Shown piece by piece: positions 44,225 through 50,965 of a stretch of 50,965 nucleotides of DNA. Both the position numbers and the translations under genes were made by a program. Each line of letters begins with the position of its first letter. The stretch's first letter is position 1. Origin of the DNA: a virus (taxonomy: Duplodnaviria > Caudoviricetes); IMG/VR virus record IMGVR_UViG_3300027956_000012, positions 1-50,965 of that record; one strand, given 5' to 3'. The notes beneath the pieces are model-generated. The model was not told the origin of the DNA. It saw nothing but the letters and a program-made list of their open reading frames with translations, and ran no database searches.

Positions 44225-46774
44225 ATGAATATAAAGATTTCTGAGTTACCTAATACTAACTTACCATATACGGGTAATGAAATATTACCTTTAGTCCAAG
44301 ATGGCGTTACAAGAGCAGGTAGTCTCAATTCTATTACCAGTCTTTTATCGGGTATACTGTTAGCGGATACAGAATTAGCTGCGCTTTCCGGTGTGTGGCA
44401 AACAACATATACTACAACTTTAGCTAATAGTGCGAACTGGACTAATGCTTATACTAATACAAACGCTAATAGCGGTAATTGGGATGACACATATACTACT
44501 GTACAAGGTAATAGTGCGAACTGGGATAACGTCTACACAACGGTAGCGTCTAATAGCGCTAATTATGCTTTAAAGGATACAAATAATCAATTCTCAGCTA
44601 CTCAAACATTTTCTACTAGTGCTATTAATATAGGAAATTTTCCAGTATCAACTGTAAAAAACAATAGTCTGTTTGGTGGTAATCAAGCTGGTTATAATGC
44701 TACAAATGCACTTAACTCTAATTTCTTAGGTAATCAAGCTGGTCGTTGTGCTACAAATGCATGTTGCTCAAATTTCTTAGGTAGTTGTGCTGGTTGTGGT
44801 GCTACAGGTGCTAGTAATTCTCATTTCATAGGTGGTAATGCTGGTCGTAATGCTACAAATGCAAATAAATCCAATTTCTTAGGTAATGGTGCTGGTAATG
44901 GTGCTACAAATGCTAGTTACTCTAATTTCTTAGGTGTTTATGCTGGTTATGGTGCTTCAGGTGCTAGTAACTCTAATTTCTTAGGTAATGCTGCTGGTAA
45001 TAATGCTATAAATGCAAATAACTCCAATTTCATAGGTTTTTATGCTGGTGTTTATGCTACAAATGCCAATAACTCTAATTTCTTAGGTAGTTGTGCTGGT
45101 CGTTGTGCTACAAATGCAAATAACTCTAATTTCTTAGGTAGTCGTGCTGGTTTTGGTTCTACAGGTGCTTGTAATTCTACCTTCATAGGATTAAGTGCTG
45201 GTTTTATTTCTACATTTGCTAGTAATTCCAATTTCTTAGGTAATCAAGCTGGTTGTGGTGCTACATTTGCTAGTAACTCTAATTTCTTAGGTAATCAAGC
45301 TGGTTGTGGTGCTACATTTGCTAGTAACTCTAATTTCTTAGGTAGTTGTGCTGGTTGTGGTGCTACAGGTGCTAGTAATTCTCATTTCATAGGTGGTAAT
45401 GCTGGTCGTAATGCTACAAATGCTATTAGATCTATTTTCATAGGTACTAATTCTGGTTGTAATGCTACAAATGCTAGTTGTTCTAATTTCATAGGTAATT
45501 ATGCTGGTTATTGTGCTACAAATGCTAATTTTTCTAATTTCATAGGTGTTAGAGCTGGTAATAATGCCTTAAGTGCAAATAACTCTAATTTCTTAGGTAG
45601 TTGTGCTGGTCGTTGTGCTACAAATGCAAATAACTCCAATTTCTTAGGTCTTAGAGCTGGTAATCAAGCTACAAATGCTTATAACTCTAATTTCTTAGGT
45701 AGTCGTGCTGGTTATTGTGCTACAAATGCTTGTAATTCTACCTTCATAGGGTTAAGTGCTGGTCGTAGTGCTACAAATGCAAATAACTCTAATTTCTTAG
45801 GTAATCTAGCTGGTTGTGGCGCTACAAATGCGTGCCATTCAACCTTCGTAGGTCGTGATGCTGGTTTAAATGCTACAGGTGCTTATAACTCTAATTTCAT
45901 AGGTGATCGTGCTGGTCGTTGTGCTACATTTGCTAGTAACTCTAATTTCTTAGGTAGTTGTGCTGGTTGTGGTGCTACAAATGCGTGCCATTCAACCTTC
46001 GTAGGTAGTTGTGCTGGTTGTGGTGCTACAAATGCATGTTGGTCAAATTTCTTAGGGGATCGTGCTGGTTTCTATGCTACAGGTGCGTGCCATTCAACTT
46101 TCTTAGGTAATTATGCTGGTCTTTGTGCTACAAATGTTTGTTTTTCAAATTTCTTAGGTACTGCTGCTGGTAGATGTGCTACAGGTACTATTTTTTCTAA
46201 TTTCTTAGGTAATGGTGCTGGTAATGGTGCTACAAATGCTAGTTACTCTAATTTCTTAGGTGTTTATGCTGGTAGTGGTGCTTCAGGTGCTAGTAACTCT
46301 AATTTCTTAGGTAATGCTGCTGGTAATAATGCTATAAATGCAAATAACTCCAATTTCTTAGGTTTTTATGCTGGTGTTTATGCTACAAATGCCAATGACT
46401 CTAATTTCTTAGGTCGTCGTGCTGGTTATTGTGCTACAAATGCTTGTGATTCTACCTTCATAGGGTCAGGTGCTGGTCGTAGTGCTACAAATGCAAATAA
46501 CTCTAATTTCTTAGGTAATCTAGCTGGTTGTGGCGCTACAAATGCGTGCCATTCAACCTTCGTAGGTTATAGAGCTGGTTTAAATGCTACAACTGCATGT
46601 GCTTCTATCGCGATAGGTAGCTGTGCTATACCAACAGGTCCTAATCAATTAGTACTTGGATCTGCTAGCTTTCCATTAAGTGTTATACCAGGCGGTACTC
46701 TAACTAATTCTGTTTCATCTCTTAGAATTAGAGTTAACGATGTATTCTTTAATTTGCCATTATTATCAATATAA
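44225..46774 (+). CDS. Repeat-rich fibre/adhesin-like virion protein
   Basis: N-terminal KISELP...LPLVQDGVT, NSANW repeats, long 14-aa repeat tract; AATAAATA upstream. Confidence 0.8.
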   Translation: MNIKISELPNTNLPYTGNEILPLVQDGVTRAGSLNSITSLLSGILLADTELAALSGVWQTTYTTTLANSANWTNAYTNTNANSGNWDDTYTTVQGNSANWDNVYTTVASNSANYALKDTNNQFSATQTFSTSAINIGNFPVSTVKNNSLFGGNQAGYNATNALNSNFLGNQAGRCATNACCSNFLGSCAGCGATGASNSHFIGGNAGRNATNANKSNFLGNGAGNGATNASYSNFLGVYAGYGASGASNSNFLGNAAGNNAINANNSNFIGFYAGVYATNANNSNFLGSCAGRCATNANNSNFLGSRAGFGSTGACNSTFIGLSAGFISTFASNSNFLGNQAGCGATFASNSNFLGNQAGCGATFASNSNFLGSCAGCGATGASNSHFIGGNAGRNATNAIRSIFIGTNSGCNATNASCSNFIGNYAGYCATNANFSNFIGVRAGNNALSANNSNFLGSCAGRCATNANNSNFLGLRAGNQATNAYNSNFLGSRAGYCATNACNSTFIGLSAGRSATNANNSNFLGNLAGCGATNACHSTFVGRDAGLNATGAYNSNFIGDRAGRCATFASNSNFLGSCAGCGATNACHSTFVGSCAGCGATNACWSNFLGDRAGFYATGACHSTFLGNYAGLCATNVCFSNFLGTAAGRCATGTIFSNFLGNGAGNGATNASYSNFLGVYAGSGASGASNSNFLGNAAGNNAINANNSNFLGFYAGVYATNANDSNFLGRRAGYCATNACDSTFIGSGAGRSATNANNSNFLGNLAGCGATNACHSTFVGYRAGLNATTACASIAIGSCAIPTGPNQLVLGSASFPLSVIPGGTLTNSVSSLRIRVNDVFFNLPLLSI
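44675..46620 (+). repeat. 42-bp (14-aa) tandem repeat, about 46 units
   Basis: Consensus SNFLGxxAGxxATNAxx; boundaries approximate. Confidence 0.9.
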
Positions 46775-46809
46775 AATTGATTTATTAGGTACTAGGAATA
46801 AATTACTAT

Positions 46810-47679
46810 ATGGGTAAAACAGCAATCTTTCATATTGAAGGAGGTGTAGGTAAAAATATAGTAGCTACATCTGTAATTCGATGCTATAAAAAACAAAATC
46901 CTGACACCGATATTATAGTAGCGACAGCTTACCCAGATGTCTTCCTACTAAATAAAAATGTATCTAGATCTTATCAGATAGGTAATATGCCTTATTTTTA
47001 TCAAGATTATATCTTAAATAAAGATGTTGAAATATTTGCTCATGACCCGTATAAAACAACATCTCACGTTACAAAGAAAAAAAATATAGTAGCGAGTTGG
47101 TGTAATATGATCGGGGTAGAATATGACGGTGGTTCACCTGAACTCTATTTAAATTTTAGAGAAAGAGAGTCAGCACGTAATCTCTTGCTGAGTGGTAAGC
47201 CCGTTATGCTCTTTCAACCGTTTGGAGGTCCACTCATGCAAGATATACCTTATTCGTGGACAAGAGATATACATCCAGGTATAGCACAACGAATCGCTAA
47301 CCACTACTCCGAAAAGTTTAATGTTGTTCATATTTGTTATCCTCATCATCCTGTTTTAGATAACGTAACCCGTTATGATGCAATGCAGAATAAGAAAGTA
47401 TTAGCAGGCTTTTTGGAAGCTTCTAGTAAGAGAATATTAATAGATTCATCATTACAACATATGGCAGCTGCACTTAATCTACCTTCTACTGTCTTCTGGG
47501 TAGGTACACAGCCGGAAATTTTTGGATATTCACTACATGAAAATATAATACCGAAAACTACTTATCCTAATGGTGGAATACAGTCCTACTTGTTTGATTA
47601 TAGCTTTAACGGAGTTATACACGAGTGTCCTTATACCTCATTAGAAGAAATATTTGACCTAACGGAGGTACTGAAGTGA
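46810..47679 (+). CDS. GT9-like glycosyltransferase
   Basis: GGVGKNI, QPFGG, RD, IDSSLQHMAAALNLPSTVFW. Confidence 0.75.
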   Translation: MGKTAIFHIEGGVGKNIVATSVIRCYKKQNPDTDIIVATAYPDVFLLNKNVSRSYQIGNMPYFYQDYILNKDVEIFAHDPYKTTSHVTKKKNIVASWCNMIGVEYDGGSPELYLNFRERESARNLLLSGKPVMLFQPFGGPLMQDIPYSWTRDIHPGIAQRIANHYSEKFNVVHICYPHHPVLDNVTRYDAMQNKKVLAGFLEASSKRILIDSSLQHMAAALNLPSTVFWVGTQPEIFGYSLHENIIPKTTYPNGGIQSYLFDYSFNGVIHECPYTSLEEIFDLTEVLK

Positions 47680-48473
47680 AGGAAGTATTCTATATGGGCG
47701 GATTACCTAGATCAGGGTCAACCCTCTTAATGAATACTATGGCTCAGAATACTGATGTGTTCTGTACTCCTACTTCAGGGTTACAACAATTACTTTATGA
47801 TATTAAAATGTCTTGGAATAATATAATTGAACATAAAGCTGATAAGAAAGCGGGGGATGATGAAAACTTGAAGAGAGTTTTAACTTCTACGCTACATACA
47901 TATCATAATACTGATAAACCCTATATTATAGATAAGTGTAGAGGTTGGGGAAGCTCTATAGAGATGCTTGAAACTATTTTAAATAAAAAGGTAAAAATTA
48001 TAGCTCCGGTTAGAGATCTAAAAGAGGTTCTATCATCCTTCGAATCTCTCTATAGAAAAGGTACATATAAATTTCCACCTCCGGGTCCTATGCCACAGTG
48101 TATTAATACTGAAGGTAGAATGCAGCACTGGGGCGGGTTAAATGGTGAAGTAGGTATAGCTTATAATATACTGAGAGATGCTTTTCATAGAGGATTAGGT
48201 GATAGATTTCTTTTAATTGATTATGATTTTTTTACTCGTGAGCCAGAAAATACTATGAACACCATTTGGGATTTTTTAGGTGTTCCTAGATTTAAACATG
48301 ATTTTAATAATGTTAAGAATCTAACCCCAGAGGATGATAGTGTTTATAACTATGTCGATTTACACACTATTAGAGAAAAAATAACACCATCTAAGTCTAA
48401 AGCTATGGAAATTTTAGGGTCTGACTTATGTAGCGCTACTAATGGGTATGAATTCTGGAAACAAAGTAGTTGA
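47676..48473 (+). CDS. Sulfotransferase
   Basis: PAPS-binding GLPRSGSTLL, IIDK.R, VRD....LSSF. Confidence 0.85.
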   Translation: MKEVFYMGGLPRSGSTLLMNTMAQNTDVFCTPTSGLQQLLYDIKMSWNNIIEHKADKKAGDDENLKRVLTSTLHTYHNTDKPYIIDKCRGWGSSIEMLETILNKKVKIIAPVRDLKEVLSSFESLYRKGTYKFPPPGPMPQCINTEGRMQHWGGLNGEVGIAYNILRDAFHRGLGDRFLLIDYDFFTREPENTMNTIWDFLGVPRFKHDFNNVKNLTPEDDSVYNYVDLHTIREKITPSKSKAMEILGSDLCSATNGYEFWKQSS

Positions 48474-48504
48474 GAATTTCTCTATATGAGTAAATAATAT
48501 TAAT

Positions 48505-48750
48505 ATGAGTTTACAAATAGATTTACAAGCACCGCTAACAATCGTCAAACAACCACTCGTCGAAGAGACAATTAATGAAATAGTAATTGAACGCATAGTC
48601 GATATTCCTGGCGATAAAAAAGTATTTGTTTTTATTCAAGGGCAGAGAATTGAATTAGATCAACTCTCTGGTGATAATTATGATACTCCGTCCGAGTGGT
48701 CAAATAGTGATGTTGTTACAGCTGTAAAAGCTCTTTACAATATCAACTAA
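48505..48750 (+). CDS. Small late protein, possible fibre chaperone
   Basis: TAAATA upstream; follows the fibre operon. Confidence 0.65.
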   Translation: MSLQIDLQAPLTIVKQPLVEETINEIVIERIVDIPGDKKVFVFIQGQRIELDQLSGDNYDTPSEWSNSDVVTAVKALYNIN

Positions 48751-48779
48751 TAATTTAAGGTTAAATTATACTTATAACT

Positions 48780-48809
48780 AAGCTCATGCATTAATGCATG
48801 AGTTTTTTT
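48780..48809 (+). terminator. Intrinsic terminator between convergent genes
   Basis: GCTCATGCA-TTAA-TGCATGAGT followed by a U-tract. Confidence 0.8.
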
Positions 48810-48810
48810 A

Positions 48811-49587
48811 TTAGTAGTAACTACCATAGATATCTGTATCATTAACACCCATATCAAAGACAGTATTTTGAGATACAACATCTATATCGAAAGTATATGA
48901 CTTGGCTTCAGAAGCACTTACACCCGGTATATTAGACGATATAACACCAGAGAAAGAATTTTCGTATACTTGCTGATTTTGACGTTCGCCAGATAATCCA
49001 GGCTCGAAAGAGTGCTCGTATCTCTTAGCTTTAATTCTATATGTATAGTGACCTAGTAATGGGTTAATAGAAGCGACGTCCTGATCAACTCGTTCAGTAA
49101 TCTCAAACCACTTAGATCCACGTCCATTAGGTCTATCGCAACCAAGAGCAGTAAGTTCAATAATATCACCTGATTTAGGTTCTACAACTTGATTGAAACT
49201 ACTATAGTTAACAACGTTACTTAGTGTTGTAGTGAATGTATCAATATGTAGATAACCTGTAAGTTCGTCATCAGAAGCAAAACCGAATCTAGATAGGTTA
49301 ATAGCATTCTCGGTTAGCTCAACATACATTAATATTTCAAACGGTCCTGCGAAACGTGAGGTAGGTTGTTCACCGTAAATAAGATCTGCTGATAATAAGT
49401 TAAAGGTATTAACATAATAATTAATTGGTACACCAAAGCTATTAATTATATCTTTAAAAGCAGCATCGTAGATAAGCTGTTCTGCTTGAAAATTTATAGG
49501 GTTAGCAAACTGACTGCAGCCTGGTGTAGCTACAGCAGCAAATACACTGTCAATAGAACAATTTTGTCTTGATGTATTACATGCCAT
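48811..49587 (-). CDS. T4 gp14-like neck/head-closure protein
   Basis: I.SFG..I.Y...D.IYGE...F...MYVE...SRFG...DEL...PKSGDII...FEIT. Confidence 0.7.
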   Translation of the reverse strand: MACNTSRQNCSIDSVFAAVATPGCSQFANPINFQAEQLIYDAAFKDIINSFGVPINYYVNTFNLLSADLIYGEQPTSRFAGPFEILMYVELTENAINLSRFGFASDDELTGYLHIDTFTTTLSNVVNYSSFNQVVEPKSGDIIELTALGCDRPNGRGSKWFEITERVDQDVASINPLLGHYTYRIKAKRYEHSFEPGLSGERQNQQVYENSFSGVISSNIPGVSASEAKSYTFDIDVVSQNTVFDMGVNDTDIYGSYY

Positions 49588-49945
49588 TTTGTTTAATTTT
49601 CTTTGATATAATTGCTTTTATATTACCTCTATTATCTGTCGACATTGTAATGTTAACTGAATTACCTAAAGACTTTGTACCTACATTAAACTCTGTATCA
49701 TACAGCTTTAATATTTGTTCTAATACTTTACCAGCTACAGATACATTATTATCATGACCGTATGCTACCCTATCTACTATAGGGTGCTTATGTTTGTATT
49801 CCTTAGCGACAGTATTTATATGCTTTCTACCATGAGGATTATTCCAGTCCTTACCATTGCGACCTGATTTCATTTTTGAAATACCGAAGAAAGTAGATTT
49901 CTCTTTGCTTGCGTATTCAAGTAAATAATCCTTAAATGTTACCAT
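49577..49945 (-). CDS. Late protein with CTS-like N-terminus
   Basis: TATAAATA at 49951-49958; MVTFKDYLLE. Confidence 0.7.
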   Translation of the reverse strand: MVTFKDYLLEYASKEKSTFFGISKMKSGRNGKDWNNPHGRKHINTVAKEYKHKHPIVDRVAYGHDNNVSVAGKVLEQILKLYDTEFNVGTKSLGNSVNITMSTDNRGNIKAIISKKIKQNGM

Positions 49946-49950
49946 ACTAT

Positions 49951-49958
49951 TATTTATA
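49951..49958 (-). promoter_or_regulatory. T4-type late promoter TATAAATA (representative)
   Basis: Exact copies also at 6611, 7780, 24004, 24621; about 15 TAAATA variants. Confidence 0.8.
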
Positions 49959-49959
49959 C

Positions 49960-49994
49960 AAAAAAAGCCCTGTAGCGTTAAAACTACAGGGCTT
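49960..49994 (-). terminator. Intrinsic terminator
   Basis: AAGCCCTGTAG/CTACAGGGCTT followed by a U-tract. Confidence 0.85.
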
Positions 49995-50013
49995 ATTAAT
50001 TTATTTGAGTTAA

Positions 50014-50965
50014 TTATTGTTCAAAAACTGACTTACCTGTTTTAAGGCCGCCGACTTTGTTTGATTTACCCATGTTAGGTTGTTTTGCATTAACAAGAGC
50101 GTGACCATGATCACCGTCTGGACCAACTTTGCTTGTATAAGCTGAAGAAGCACCACCTGATTGAACTTTAAGATTACCAACCTTATTATTCTTACCCATG
50201 TTTACTTCTTTAGCACCAGCGATTGGATGACCGAGGTCTTCTTCGTCTTCGTCCCAGAAGCCTTCTTCGGCTTCTTCACCCATATCTTCACCGGCTTCAT
50301 CACCGAACTCATCTTCACCGTATTCGCCTTCACCTGCATCTTCATCAGACTCTGCGCCTAAGACAGACATGAGAACTTCATGAAGTTTTTCAGCTGTAGC
50401 ACGATCAAGTGTGAAGGTTACTTCATCTTCACCTTCTCCGCCAAGTTCATCTTCACCTTCGATGCCGAGAGCATCAAGTTCTTGTGTATCATCCATTTCA
50501 CCACCCATAGGAGCTTCAGAAGCACCACCTGGTTGCATAACGTTTTCGTAAAGTTTATCAAAAATCGATTTTCTTCTCATAAAGTTATTTAGTCTCTCCT
50601 TAGCGATTTTTCCACTTTCTTTTACAAGTTCTTCCTCATCTTCTTCTGCTTTTTTCTTAGCTTTAACTGATCCAGCTATCTTAGAAGCGGCTTTTTTACC
50701 GTATCCCGCTTTTTCAGCAGCCTTCTTCACCTTTGTAAAGGTACCTTTTTTAGTCTCTTCATCTTCGTCGTATGAAAGACTATCGATATTATAAAGATTA
50801 TCTTCAATGTCTTTTTTCGACATTGTTTTCTTATCGACCTTAGCAGGCATATAACCAGCTGTTGTTTGTGGTCCACCTTTAATGAGAGGTGATTCACCTA
50901 TCTCACCAGGCTTTACGCTAGGTCCGAGTTTTCCTTCTGAAACAAGTTTTTGTTTCACACCATTT
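50014..50965 (-). CDS. Acidic low-complexity protein, possible prohead core/internal protein; 5' end probably outside window
   Basis: D/E/G-rich; several L-x-E or LVxE sites; next to the neck gene. Confidence 0.6.
   Translation of the reverse strand, partial: NGVKQKLVSEGKLGPSVKPGEIGESPLIKGGPQTTAGYMPAKVDKKTMSKKDIEDNLYNIDSLSYDEDEETKKGTFTKVKKAAEKAGYGKKAASKIAGSVKAKKKAEEDEEELVKESGKIAKERLNNFMRRKSIFDKLYENVMQPGGASEAPMGGEMDDTQELDALGIEGEDELGGEGEDEVTFTLDRATAEKLHEVLMSVLGAESDEDAGEGEYGEDEFGDEAGEDMGEEAEEGFWDEDEEDLGHPIAGAKEVNMGKNNKVGNLKVQSGGASSAYTSKVGPDGDHGHALVNAKQPNMGKSNKVGGLKTGKSVFEQ

Overview
A 51-kb segment of a large, AT-rich, T4-like (myovirus-type) phage genome, using the standard genetic code with almost all genes on the minus strand. 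The host cannot be determined from this window. Contents: (i) an accessory region of short genes, including two tandem arrays totalling 10 paralogous HxxDGPA-repeat genes; (ii) a RadA-like ATPase; (iii) a late-promoter operon of MoxR-type AAA+ ATPase, HEXXH metallopeptidase, vWA protein and an HxxDGPA protein, whose N-termini resemble T4 capsid-targeting sequences; (iv) a DUF6745-like gene followed by four tandem SVxx-repeat minigenes; (v) tilS beside a tRNA(CAT); (vi) three free-standing homing endonucleases; (vii) a tRNA region with a group I intron in tRNA-Asn, several non-canonical tRNA-like RNAs and six unexplained structured RNA blocks; (viii) a 68-nt tmRNA-like RNA with no mRNA-like domain; (ix) rhamnose-pathway genes, a repeat-rich fibre with a glycosyltransferase and a sulfotransferase, and a gp14-like neck gene. 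Two recurrent promoter classes are visible, GGAAC-N5-TATAAT and T4-late-like TAAATA, both only a few nt upstream of start codons. All family assignments come from motif recognition by eye, not from database searches.
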